Assembly: GCF_009834535.1 (NCBI RefSeq)
Contig: NC_045697.1
Span: 59,398,001-59,462,000 of the forward strand
Source of the DNA: Camelus ferus
Taxonomy: Eukaryota
Length of the DNA: 64,000 nt
Reading direction: 5' to 3'
This document shows, piece by piece, positions 25,191 to 38,620 of the stretch. Positions within the stretch are counted from its first letter, which is position 1, and every line of letters begins with the position of its first letter. The notes below the pieces were generated by a model, which worked only from the letters and a program-made list of their open reading frames with translations, made no database searches and was not told the origin of the DNA. The position numbers were made by a program, and so were the translations under genes.

Positions 25191-28100
25191 ATGTTTGTCA
25201 AAATAGCAAAAAAACATTATTATGCAGCATTGAGGTTATTTATGTTTCCTTCAGTTTTGTGATAAAGTTAGTTTTACTGCTCTTTGCATAGAAATTGTGT
25301 TGTTAGCATTTACTAATGACTTGTGCAGTACTAGTGAATTAATATTGATCCTAAGTTTATATTATGAGTTATCCCAAGCTGAGATTTTATCAAACAGGAA
25401 GCAACAATTCATAAGCTCTGTGCACTCAAATCAAGCTGAAATTAATTTGCCTTGACTCTAGAATCCTGAGCTTTTAATAACTTGTTTTCACATGTAGTGG
25501 AGTGCCTTACACAGAGGAGTTTCTCAGTAATTGTGTACTGAATAAATAGCATTTTTAAATGTAATAAATATATAAATTAAGTAGGTTCTGTCTTAAATTT
25601 ATGTATAAATCATCAGATGACTGTTTAAAATTTCTAAAACATATGTCTCAAATTAATAATGTTTTGCTTATTTTCAATTTTCATATGATTCTTTTTGCTT
25701 GCTATGTTTCTCCTTTGCTACCAACTGGGTAGACTATGCCATTAACATCTTATAGTTCATAACTTCCCTTTATCTTCTTAAAATATTTGAACCTGAAGAA
25801 CATGTCTTTATTTGCTAAATCATTTAAAAGTATTGGCAAGATTTGTACAATTCTATTAAAGAGTGAAATAGAATTAGTGGTCATGTATATGAGGAATGGC
25901 TGCTAGATTTGAGAAATGACACTTTTTTTCTGCCTAATAATGTGATGACATCATTCTTTCTTGGAAAGAAAGCATAGCCATATATAAGTTCAGTCGATTT
26001 CTTGCTAGCAATTCCAACTCAAAATAAACTATAAAGAAATTTATATCCCCAAATCTGTGCTGAAAAATTACTTCAGAAGACATCAGTTTGAAGTGGATGA
26101 TTCCTTTGAGTCTTCCCTGTTATAACCCTTACCTTACTCTTTACAAGTTCGCTGAAGTGACCAGATTGCCATTTACAAATCTAGTGTTAGGAGTTCAAAA
26201 CTGCAAAGCTGTCTACTCTTCAACCCTCCTTCTTAGATTACCGTTACTGCTTGATTTGAAATCTTGACATTTGTTGAGCAAATATCCAATACTTTAAATG
26301 TATCCTTTATATAGGTAAATATTATTATAAAGTAAATCTACCAAGAAATTTGGAAACAATACAACTTTAAGAGGACTGAATTCGTATCTATGCATGAATT
26401 GAAAATCATACAACAGAATATCCACATGAAACATACTTACTTTTGCATTTTGAAGTATCACAATGTGAAAGGACAATTCCCAAGAAGAAAACAACTACCA
26501 TTCTTTAATTTTAAATTTTCAGTAGTTGAAAGCATACAAGAGAAAACAGCAGTCATTTATTTTTATAGACAAAAATATTAGAGCTATAGAAACAAGCTCA
26601 GGCTGAGTCTATTTCATATGGAATGATTTTCATAGGTAGCTATGAGAGTAATGGTTGATTGGCAATGTTAAAAGGATACCAGTGGTATAAACAAACAAAA
26701 GGTTGATACACAAATAACAATATATGAAAAGAATGATATTATTCAACAATAAAATTAAGATGTGAGAAACATTTATAATAATCAGATATTGCTTGACAAA
26801 AATATTAAATCATTGAATGAATAAGGAGACAGTAAAATTACTGCTTTATTTTCAGCTAGACAATTATTTTGGAGCAGCAAAAATTTTCTTCCGTGGCTTT
26901 TGAATAAAAAAAAAATATGGTTTTCCCAAACCAGAGCAAGAGTGAGATGAGGGGGTGAGGTAAGGAATGCTGGAGGATATAAGAGGGGGAATTTGCACCA
27001 TATGCTCTAATTTGGATTTGGACGGCTTTTGGATATCTTTGGTAATAAACAGGATTTCTGCTTTTTGTCTTCTTGATGTGAGGTTTACATTTGGGGGGAA
27101 AAATCTACTAGTTTAAGGAAACAAATGAAAGACCTTCTGGTTTGAATATTTATTTTAATGAGAAGAAAGCCCATTTGGATGAGAAAGGTGAAGAAAAAGC
27201 AAGTTTATGCTCCCCTGATGTGCTCTGTGATCATGTCTGTCTTATCCAGCTTAATTTTCTTTGATTTTAACTCATCTGTATGACCAGACATCTGTGAGTA
27301 TTTATGCCTTATTTTGGTTATGTGCTGTCCCATTCTGGCTATCCATCAAATCCAGAACAGACTTCCCAGCAATGTTTTGTACAAAATGTAGAGTAGAATG
27401 ATAACTGATTAGCATTACGTGATAAATGGACATTCTTCAGCTGAAACTGTAAAGTGCAAAAACAGCTGAGACAACATATGAGCAGGAAATATAGTGCACA
27501 GTCTGTCTCTTGGTTCCTGTTCACGCAGCTAATTTTTTACTGCTACAATTCAAAAGTACATAAAGCTCAGATGCTGTTTATTTCTATTGAACAAATAAAA
27601 AAACGGAGTAATGTCCTTTTGTCTGCACATATTTGAGGGAAGAAAGTTTGTTGACATATTACTAAGATGAGATGTTTCTTAATGGCAAATAGAAAAACGT
27701 AACAGTCAAGGTTGCTGATTTCATACCTTCTGCTAGAACTCCTGAAGGACATCACTGTCCCCAATGAAATGCTCTAGGACCAAGTCTCATGTTACTTTAT
27801 TCTCTCAACTCAGATTGATCCCTTGATGAATCTCCGAAATAGATTAACATTTACAAACCAAAAGCCTACATAGTAAAAGAGAAAGTGAGGCTGGGTAGGG
27901 ACTGAGGTGGGAACTTCCTCTCTACCCAAAGGCCCCAGCAACTCACCACCCACAAATTGTTTCTTTATGCTAATGACTGGACCAGTGTTTCTAAACTTTC
28001 CTTTTTTTTTCTAAAAAGGGTAGAATTCATATTTTTTATTCATAAGTTTCCTAATTTAAAAAGTTTATATATTTTTTTCTTTTAAACAGTGAGCAAGCAC

Positions 28101-28399
28101 TAAACATCAACTGCTGAAGAGATTTAATTCATAGGCTGTTGGTTTTTGACCTCTGTCGTAGATATTTAAAACAATTTGTAGTTATAACGTACTAACAAGA
28201 GCTGACAGTTAAATACGTAGTTAAAAATTTACCAGACAACTATCAAAGTTTAAGTAAAAGTCTTACATTCCATTGTATTTATAACCAGTTGTGTTGGTTG
28301 ATTTATCAAGTCATTGGTGTGTGATACATTATTAAATCTAGTAGCAGTCTATTATAGTACTTTTTCATTAATTGGTACTTTATCAGTTCAGATGGAAAA

Positions 28400-28570
28400 T
28401 CCTAATAATAAATTCTCTTATTCAATTCTCTCACTATAGAGATGAAAACAATTAGAGTCAAAGATTAGGTGATGAGCCCAAAGCATTCCAGCAAACTAAT
28501 GTTAAGCAATGGCCTGTACCCAGCTGTTTCATGTTTCCTTTCAGTGTCCTTCTAATACATAGAGCCTCTA
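28400..28570 (-). mobile_element. Degenerate MIR
   Basis: tatagagatgaaaaca...ttaggtgatgagcccaaag resembles the antisense MIR core. Confidence 0.5.
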
Positions 28571-28571
28571 A

Positions 28572-28693
28572 TTGTAATAATGGGAACAAAGGTTAGATTA
28601 TGATTCACTTAGCACCAACTGTGACATCAAGATTTTCTGTTTGTAATGATGAGTACAAGGGCTAAATTATGGTTTACTTAGCCCCAACCGTGA
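28572..28693. repeat. Diverged 53-bp direct repeat (2 copies, period 69)
   Basis: 28572-28624 vs 28641-28693 align without gaps, 43/53 identical. Confidence 0.9.
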
Positions 28694-31499
28694 AGAGGAG
28701 GCTTTTAAAGCAAATATCCTAAGGCAATGTCAAGAAGCACGTTTACCCTCATGAAATAAGTCACTATTTTTAGCACTTTAGGTCATTTCATTGTGATCAG
28801 GTCCTAAGAGTGACAGGATGTTTCTTTGGTTTGATAAATACATTTTTTTTAATTTAATAAGCTACAATTCTTATTAATTTATTTTATTTTTCTTAAAAGT
28901 TATGCAACTGAATTGCTTTATATGTCATTTTAAAACTAAGAAAGATTTGAATATAAGGATTAAACTTTTTAGCTAATCAAAACCACAAATTTTTTACAAT
29001 TTAAAAAATTGGTTTGTAAAATTAATATTTCTTTTGCTTCAGAGATTAAACAAATAGTATTTGTCATCATAATGGTCCATTCGTTAATGTCTAAAATCTA
29101 ATAACCATGTCAAAGCTTTAACATTTCTAGTTGTAATTCTTCATTGGCCTCTGGGTATTCATTTCCCTCCCAAAGATCATAGTAAATTAAAATTTAGGTA
29201 ATTACATCCATTTAATCAGGAAATAATAGTTTTTTTTTTTTTCTTTCCTGTGAACTATAATGCTAGTGTATTTTTATGCATGAAGGCTGTGGACATGTAT
29301 CTTCTAGTTAAATCATATACTTCTTTTAAATCACGAACTCACTAATTTTAGGTAGGATTATAACAGATTTGTGCATATTTGTATTTATTTTGTGTGGAGA
29401 ACAGTTTGCAATAACATTTAAAACCTTTGCAACATTTTTTACTGAAATTTTGAGGATATATTTAAGTCTGACACTTAATCTTGGTAAAAACATTTTGAAA
29501 ATTTGTTAATGTTTTCTTAAGATATGATTTTCCCAAGTTCTTTTTTGTTATCTGATAAGATTTTCACTAAGCCCATTTCAGTTCTAAAATATTCACAAAG
29601 ATTTATTATTATGTACACATTGAGTGAAATGCCTATTTTTATGCAGGAAAAGACAACTGTAATCATGTTTACATTTTGTCCTTTGAGATACTAATTGCCT
29701 TGGGCTGCCAGGTACCATCTTCTAGATGTTTCACCTTATGTGTGATTTATGTTCTGGCCCTAACCTTTACCTCTACCACATATTTTGCGTCCCATTTTCC
29801 AAAGATTACATGATAAATCATTTTAATAGGTTAATGACTGTAAAATATTAGGTCAAGTAAGCTTGATAGTAGACGTTCCGAAATAGTGCTCTAATCTAAG
29901 ATAGAAATCCGTTTTTATAGCTATGTTGATCTTGAAGATCCATCCCAGACCTGTTAGCTGCCAGACAGTAAAATCCATCCTTTGTCTCTTTTGTAATATA
30001 CCTTGTAACCAGTATTAACTATTGCCTTGTTCTGCCTTATGCTCTATGTCCCAGACTGCTTCTAAAACCCTCAGCCACTCCTACCATGAACACTTTTGAT
30101 GTCTTGAATCTTACTTTATCCCTCAAACTTGGGCTTTAGTGCTCTTTTCCTTGTGTTCATCTTTGGCTTTCTTCTTTGTGATTTGTACTTTTTTTTTTTT
30201 TTTAAACAAAGTAGGTTTGTATTGGATGCAAAATTGAAACCCCCAACAATATTTTCAGAGAAATAATACACAAAGTGAAATCATGGGCTTCCAGTGTTGA
30301 AATATTGCTTCTGTACTTAGAATGTAAACATGTGTGGCCAAAGGGAACTCAGCTACCTTTAATGTCAAAGATTTATATTGATTTTACAGTGGCACAATAA
30401 ATTAGTTTTATTATTTCATGAAATGGTTTCAGTTCCTTCTCTAAAGAAATGTAAGTAAAAATATTCCTAGAGGAATGTATGAAATGTTAGTCATCTCTCT
30501 TCTAATGTTATCTATCTTGAGAGTCTCTATACAATGTTCCCATGACATTTGGTAAGATTTCATTTTAACTGTTCCACTGTCTTCAGTACTGTTTCCAAGA
30601 GCCATGGTATTTTTTTGCACTATATTCTGGAATTTTAATTTATTTTTTTCAGTAAAAAATATTAATGTTCTCTATGTAGTGTAATCAGGGTTTATATTTT
30701 CTCTAATCTCAGTAAGTAATTGCTTTAACTAAGCTATAAGATGAATGTATAGTGGTGTAATAAGCAGGTATGAACTTAAAAAGTACAGACAAAAGCAAAG
30801 CTTAGGTATTCCCTGCATTCTGTTCTCTCACATATTGCCTGGGGCAGATCGGGTGAAATGAGTTGCCTAAACATTGCTGTTATATTGTGTCATTCTTTCC
30901 TCTTTATTTTCTGTTATTCCATAATCACTTTTATTGTTTAATGCATTACATGTTATTTTCTTCCTGGTTTGTCCTCTTACAAATATAAAAGTCAGGCCAT
31001 AAACCACAAAGATACTTTTCGTTGATGAACATGTATTGCTCTTCAGGAACATGCAAGAACTAGTATATTCAGCGAATGCATGAAGGAATATCCAGGTACA
31101 TATTTACGTATGTACGTGACTCTGAGGCTATGCCAACATCTGTCTGAAAACAGAAACCTTCTAGGTTGTGTATGCCTAGTGAATACGAAAAGCTCAAAGA
31201 CTGCCATGTATATGTATCTTATATTTAAGAAAGTATAAGAACTCAAAGATATTTCTGAAGTTTTGGAAGGCCACATACTACAACCCTTTCCCCTTCTCCA
31301 AGTATCCACATCCTCTTTTATACACTGATAGATGCTGGCAGTTCTGCTCTCAGAATTTAATTTCTAATTTACAGAATGTTGGCCTGTTAACAATAAATTA
31401 TTATTGGGAGATTAATAACTTAAGTGGTTAGTCATTCATGTAAATAAAAAAAATGGAGGACTTTTTAAATGGGAAGCTTGTGGAATGATTATGAGAGTC

Positions 31500-31750
31500 C
31501 TAGCAATCTTAGAAAAAAATAGATGTTAAACATTCCTGCATATGCTTGCATTAAAATCAAGGAAAGAGTTAAAGTGTACACACTAGGCTGTTCATACTGG
31601 TTATCACGCAGTTTAGATTTGATTTGCACAATGGTGGAGAGGGATGGATAAGCGGTTTTTTTAATTTATATGTTTCTGCAGTGTTTTACTTGTTATAATA
31701 AGTATGTATTATTTGTAATAAAATGTACTGAAAAATGAAAATCAAAAATA
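31500..31750 (+). mobile_element. Old L1 (L1ME/MC-like) 3' end
   Basis: ...ctggttatc...tatgtattatttgtaataaa followed by an A-rich tail. Confidence 0.5.
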
Positions 31751-32179
31751 GAGTGGAGGAAGGGAGGGCCATTAAACGGGAAGGGATATTTTATGGGAGA
31801 TATCAATTCTTGTACTTTTCATAATTTTATTCAGAACTACTCTGTGAATACACAGAGTAGCTAACAAATAAATTTAATGTGGCCCATTAATGAATATTTT
31901 GTGAATGTAGTATGTAGTTTTGTGAATTGAATGGAAGGTTCAGCTGTGATGAGTCCCAAAACAGAAAGTGTTACAAATTATTCTTGAGTACTGCTAGTTT
32001 AATTAACCAATGATTGTAGGTACATGTTATCATCTCGCACTAGATGAGCAACCCTGTAGGAGGACCTAACTTCACTTCTGTGTAAGCAACAGAACAAATA
32101 ATAGAACTTTGATTTTTAAATGCTGCGTTATAGTAACATTAAACTAGCAAAAACAATTGATTGTCATGATAATATAATA

Positions 32180-32620
32180 CACTTAGGAAGGGTGGCAAAA
32201 TTTTTACATAAATGCCAATGACATATATATTAGTACCACCCTCTCTGTGAAAGAGATTTGTGTGCTATATAATTTGAAAGCCTTTGGCTCAGAAATCACT
32301 TCTGGAAGATAATCTTAAGTAAAAAGTCTATAGCAGAAAAAACCTATATGTATTAAAATTCTAATTTTAGTATTATTTGTATTATGCAAATATTATTAAC
32401 TTGTTTAGTAATAGAGGACTTATATGTTAATTTCAGCACATTGTAATTGTATAATAATTAAAATATATAAATTTGTGTGTACTGTAATTGAACTTATATG
32501 GGAAAGAAAAAGGATCAGAGGGAATGTTAAATGGAAATAACTGTTATGATAGTGGGATGATGAGTAATTAAACATTTTTTGAGCATTTATAGCTTTTTTC
32601 CCCTAAAATAAAAAGTAATC
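32180..32620 (+). mobile_element. Old L1 (L1ME-like) 3' fragments
   Basis: cctttggctcagaaatcacttctggaa... degenerate L1 3' text. Confidence 0.45.
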
Positions 32621-32799
32621 TTGATATAGGAAGAAGATATCTCGAAGTAATTATGTAGTAAGGCGTCTCATACATTTGACAATGAAGAAATGGGCTGTTT
32701 GTACTTTTTTGTTTTTGTTTGGGAGCTTCTAAAATGTTAATAATCAAACCATCTTTAGAAATTCTGATTTCAAGGGTATATAGGGCACAATGCTAGAAT

Positions 32800-35700
32800 T
32801 TTTTTAATAGTTTATTTACTATTGTTATTACTATTTTATTTTAAAGTGTACAATTCACTTGTTTTATTTTTAAAGTGTACAAGTATGGAATATTGACAAA
32901 GTTGTACAACCATCACCATCTTACTCCAGAACATATCTATCACCCCTTAAAAAAAACTCCTTACACATTAGCAGATATTCCCCTTTCTCCTCTTTCTCCA
33001 GCTCCTGACAACCACTAATCTAAGTTTCTGTCCCTGTAGATTTGCTTATTCAGATATTTCATATAAATGGAATCATACAATACGTGGTCTTTATGCCTGG
33101 CTTCTTTCCTTTAGTGTAATGTCTTCAATGTTCGTCCAATAGCAGAACTTCATTCCCCTTTTAAGGCTAAACAGTATCTCATCAAATAGGTACATCACAT
33201 TTCGTTCATCTATTCAACAATTGGTGGACATTTGTGTTCTTTTAGCTTTTTTGGCTGTTGTGAATAATGCTGCTATGAACATTCATGTTTAAATTTTTGT
33301 GGGAGCATGCATATTCAATTCTTTGGGTTTATACTTTGGAATGAAATTGCTAGGTAATATGGCAATTCTTTGTTTAACTTTTTGAGACACTAGCAAACTG
33401 TTTTCTAAAACGTCTATAGCATTTTACATTCTCAGCAGCAATGTCTAAGAATTCTAATTTCTCCACATCCTTGCTGATGCTTGCTATTATCTGTCTTTTT
33501 GAGAAGAGTCATTCTAATGCATGTGAAGTAGTATCTTGTGATTTTGATATGAACTTTCCTAATGACTAGTGATGTTAAACTTCTTTTTATATGCTCATTG
33601 GACATCTGAGTATCTTCTTTGGAGAAATGTCTAGTTCAATGTCAATTTTTAAATTTGTCATTTGTCTTTTTATTTTTGAGTTGCAATGGCTCTTTATATA
33701 TTGTAGGTTGAACTTATTTATCAGATATGTGATTACAAATATGTTCTCTCATTCGTTGGGTTGTCATTTCAATTCCTTGGTTGACTTTAATGTAATGGTT
33801 ATGATAATAAAATATATAAATTTGTATGTTTCATAATTTCACTTATATGGATAGACATAAAATTAAAAGGGGATGTTATAATGAAAATAATTATGTCTTG
33901 ATGATGGAATGATGAGTAATTAAACATTTTGTACATAATTTTTGCCTATTATTAAAAATAATCTGAGAGATATATGCATATAATAAGATGGAATATAAAA
34001 AGAAAGCACGAAGTTTAAAATTTTTATGTCATCCAATTTGTCTATTTTGCTCTTTGTTGTTTGTACTTCCGGTGTCATATCTAAGAAACCACTACCTAAT
34101 CTAAGATCATGAAGGTTTACATTTATGTTTTCATCTAATAGTTTTATAGATTCAGCTCTTCTATTTACTTCCATGATCTGTATTTTTGTAAAATATGAGG
34201 AAGGGATTCAACTTCATTCTTTTACAGAAGTTGTCACAGTACCATTTGTTCAAAAGACTGGTCTTTCTCCTTTTAGTTATTACATTGGCACCCTTGTCAA
34301 AATCAGTTGACTCAAAATTTAAGTGTTTATTTCTGGATGCTAAATCTATTTCATTGGTCTGTATGTTTATTTTTAAGCCAGTTCATATTATTTTTGATTA
34401 TTGTGGCTTTGCTGTATGTTTTGAAATCAGAAACAAATTTGTTCCTCTTTTTCAATATTGTTTGGGATATACTGGGTCCCTTCCCTTGAATTAATATATG
34501 AACTTTTCAAGTCAGTTTGCCAATTTCTGCAAAAAAAAAAAAAAAGGCAGCTGGAATACTTACTGGAACTGTACTGAATCAGCAGATATATTTTAGGATT
34601 ATTGCAAACTGTAGTAGTTTCCTGGGACTGCTGTACAAAGTACCATAAACTGACTGTCCTAAAGTGCAGAAATTTATTTTCTCACAGTTCTGGAAGCTAG
34701 AAGTCTGAGAAAAATGCATCAATAGAATTGGTTCCTCTGAAGGCTGTGGGGTAAAATCTGTTCCATGTGTCTCTCCTAGCTTTTGGTGGTTTGCTGGCAA
34801 CCTTTAGGATTCCATGTGGATGGCATTCATCCTGTGTCTTCACACTGACTTCCCTCTTTACACATCTCTTTCTCTTCCCATGGCATTATTTTTATAAGTA
34901 CACCAGGTTTTATTGGATTAGGAGCCCATCCTGCTCAGTATAACCTCATCTCACTTTAACTAATTGCATAATTACATCTGTACTGAACCTATTTCCAAAT
35001 AAGATCATGTTCCACTGGGGATTAGGACTTGCACAATAGGAATTTTAAGAGAATAAGCTATAATACTACCTTAACAATGTGGGTCTTCTGATCTATGTAC
35101 ATGGAATATTTTTTCCATTTATTTAGGTCTTTATTGTCTTTTGATGATGTTTTGTTGTTTTTCAGTGTATAGGCCTTACATTTCTTTTGCTGAATTTATT
35201 CCTAATTTGTATTCTTTTGATGCTATTATAAATAGAATGACTTTCTTAATTTCACTATCAGATTGTTCACTGATAGGGTATAAAAGTACAATTTATTTTT
35301 GTACATTGATCTAGTATTCTGCAAAATTGCTGTGCTTTTTTATTAGTTCTAACTTTTATTTACATCGATTCCTTAGAATTTTCTTTATATAAGATCCTGT
35401 TATCTGTGAATAATGTTAATTCTTCCTTTCCAATATGGATGTTTTTTATTTCTTATTCTTGCCCTATTGGCCTGGCTGAAACCTCCAATTCAATGATGAA
35501 TGGAAGTGGTGAGAACAGACATCATTGTGTTTCCTGATCATAAAAAGAAATCTTGCACTTTTTCTTCATAAAGTATAATGTTAGCTATGAGTTTTTCCTT
35601 AATGCTCTTTTATTAATCCAGTTGCAGAAGTTACTCTTTATTTTAGTTTGTTCAGTTTTTTTTTATTGGGAAAGGATGTTGGTTTTTTTAAATGCTTTTT

Positions 35701-35900
35701 TCTGCATCTATTGAGATGATCATGTATTTTTAGCTTAGTCGTATGGTGTATTAGAGTGATTCATTTTGTATGTTGAACAAATCTTGCATTCCTGGGATAA
35801 ATCCTACTTGGTCACGGTGTATAATCCTTTTTATGTTGCTAGATTTAGTTTTGCTAGTTTTTTGTTGAATATTATTTGCACCCATATTCACAAGGGATAT
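32800..35900 (-). mobile_element. 5'-truncated L1 (L1MB-like), interrupted at ~33781-34001 and 34610-35063
   Basis: Antisense L1MB 3' UTR (ttaaagtgtacaattca, catataaatggaatcatacaata) then ORF2 text. ORF 33920-34174(-) IKLLDENINVNLHDLRLGSGFLDMTP is ORF2-like. Confidence 0.93.
34610..35063 (-). mobile_element. MaLR solo LTR (MLT1C-like) nested in L1
   Basis: tgtagtagtttcctgggactgctgtacaaagtaccataaact...ctcacagttctggaagctagaagtc...tatttccaaataag. Confidence 0.9.
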
Positions 35901-37429
35901 TTTAGGAGGCCCTTACTTAACCCTTCCAGAAGTAGCTCCTCAACACTGGAGTTTTTTAAGAGCTCTTCAATTTTTTTTTAAAATCTTAGTTTAGTGAACA
36001 AATCTGACCATATCTATATGTCACAGGTTTGAACTATGCTAATTCTTTACTAAGCAAGAACTGCATTTCTTATCGAATCAGATGATCTTCTAATATTTCA
36101 GTATGATTCAGAAATATTAGAATTTAGTTTTCTTCTCCCTTCCTGAGCAGATCAAATCTCTTTATCTTACTTCTCCTGTATCTCTCTCCTGTTATTTTAT
36201 CTGTATTTTGGATTTACTTTCTCATTCCTGCCAGTCTCAGAACATGTTTGAATACATCCTTATGGATTTGGGCCACCTTATTTTATTTTTACTGGAATAA
36301 CCTACTAATATTCTACTCATTACAATTTGTTACTAAAGTTGATCCTGCATGCTCTATACATAGTTTCTAACATACTGGTATGTTCAGGGTTTGCTTTTAC
36401 TGGGAAAAGAAACTGTGCAGGAATTCTTTAATGTTCTGCCTTCATTACATTCACAATGGTATCCCAAATCAATCCAATGGGCTCAGTGACAAAATAAAGC
36501 TCTGTGTAATTATATTGAAACATAACTTTGCAATCACAAAGAATTACCTACTTATAATATCTATTTTGCATAAAGATACTAACTGTTCTGAGTCTTATTA
36601 AAATACTAAAATCCTGCTCACTCAATAAGAAACGTAGCCCTTGCTAAATAAAGGATAAGTCTAGTTTAAGTATCTAAATACACGATTCTCATTATTTTAT
36701 AGTCGTCTTTCTTTCTTTCTTAGGTACTGAACACCTAAATGGGACAGGAGTGCTTGACATAAACTGTGAAAGCAAAATATGTCCTGGAAAATGAGAGAAG
36801 AGAAAGGAGAGAAATACTCCTGGTTTTTTGTTTGTTTGTTTTTTTAAGGTGGGTGAGGGGTGGAGGATGGAGTAGGGAGGTGGTGGCAGAGATTCGTTTA
36901 TTCCCAGAGTGTCGTGCATACCCTGGATACGTATGTGTTCCTGGTAAAGTTGTGAGAAATGGCTCTGCCTATCTTCAGGTAGCTCTGCTCTGGGGGTTAA
37001 AAGTTTCCCAGTGCTCTGTGAAAATCTCTCCCATACATAAATGGATAATATCTCAATGGAAATATGGTGTACTCCTTCAAAGCTAAACAATGGATAAGTC
37101 TTCCTGATTCCACATTGCAGTAAAGGGAATAAAACAAAGAATCTTGTCAGTGGAAAAAAAAAATGGTAAAAGAATTGCCAATAACAACAGTAGTGAATCT
37201 CTAGGAGAACAATGAAAGGCTCAAGTCCATGTTACATTTTTTAGTGGGGATGTGTCAGGCAGGCCCCTTTCATTTAAAGTATCTGCAAGTTACTGGTGGA
37301 GGAAATCCTGATGGAACAAGATGAGGAGAGCCTGAAAAATGTCTGTTACATGTTTACCTACATGTTTTTACAGTTTTCTTGGCTCATTTCATTTTTCTAG
37401 TTATTTTATTCTATGGGCCTTTTTTCCCC

Positions 37430-38120
37430 CATCATATTCTACTACTGAAAATACTCTTGTTAAGCCAACAATGACATAATCGTTCAGTCCAGTTCACATT
37501 TTCCACTCCGTTTAATTTATTTCATTTCTTTGCCACATTTAACACGGTTGATTCCTCTCTTCTTGAAACTCCTTCTTCTTGAAACTCCTTCTTCTTCTTT
37601 TTTTTTTTTTTTTTTTTTTTGGCTTCCAAGCATATACATTATTTCTTGTTCTCTTTCCTCCATATTCACAACTATTTTTAAGACTCTAACTTTTCTTCTT
37701 CTATGTCCCTTAATTATAGAACACTTAAGAGTTCCATCCTTGATCCTCTTCCCCTAATTGTGAGTTTACCTTGCCAATTTAAAGCTGATGATTTGCAAAT
37801 TATAGTTCCTAGACTAAACATTTTTACTGAGCTCCATACTCATATTTCCAGTTGTCTTTTTGATTGCCTTCCCAATGATAAATTATGTCTTATATCTAAT
37901 ATTGAACATATTTCTGCATTCCAAAACCTGCCCCTCTTCCTGTATTTGTTAGTTTGTTTAATGGCACTACTCTCCAAAATATCACCCAGACTACAATCTT
38001 AGAAGCTGCTCTAGCCTACTGTCTACTATTCACTTACAACCAATCAGTCACAAGGCCATGTTTAGTCTATCTTCTTAATACCCCTTGAACCTATTCTCTT
38101 CCTTCCTTCACTGCTACAGT
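37430..38120 (+). mobile_element. L2 LINE, RT-domain region
   Basis: TTENTLVK, and 37532-37570 ATFNTVDSSLLET (RT motif AAFDTVDH); includes a 16-bp tandem duplication at 37561-37592 and a poly-T run. Confidence 0.8.
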
Positions 38121-38124
38121 TAAA

Positions 38125-38620
38125 ATGAGTTACTTAGAAAAAATTATATATGCATTTTATGGAATACAGGGAGTGAGGATGAGGAGGAATAAATCAGGAA
38201 AGGAAAGATAACCAATCCCTGGACACAATATCTAGCTGGCTGCCACTGAATGTGACTGCTAAACCTTGAAAAAAAAAACATTCCCAAGAAGTCCTATAAC
38301 CTACATTTATGAGAAGGAGAGAGGTTAAGGAAATGTTGGAAAAATTTATCAGCTTGTTCTAATCTCCTGTTAGGCAAGGATTTGTCCTAGGGCTTTTATA
38401 GTCTCAGACATTTATGTTACACATGTGGGTATTAAGTGGGACTGCAAAGGTCAACAGGGAAGCCTCAGGAGTGGAGGTACAAGGCATAGGATCACACAAG
38501 GCCATGTCAGGAAGTGTTGTCAGGTTGCAAATGTCTGAGGTCAGACAACCATGCAGACACAGCTGAGCTTAAGAGGATCTGAAGTGTTTCATCAGAGGTG
38601 TCTTAGAGGTGTCCAACACA
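38125..38620 (-). mobile_element. Old ERVL-type solo LTR inserted in L2
   Basis: G-rich ~500-bp block ending ...gaggtgtccaacaca; L2 sequence resumes directly after. Confidence 0.55.

Noticed and set aside
28572..28693. CRISPR-like repeat-spacer reading of the direct repeat
   Set aside because: Only two diverged copies with a 16-bp gap, no cas genes, mammalian context.
32759..32776. 17-mer aattctgatttcaaggg shared with ~63919-63935
   Set aside because: Both lie in MER5-like remnants; explained by common repeat ancestry or chance.
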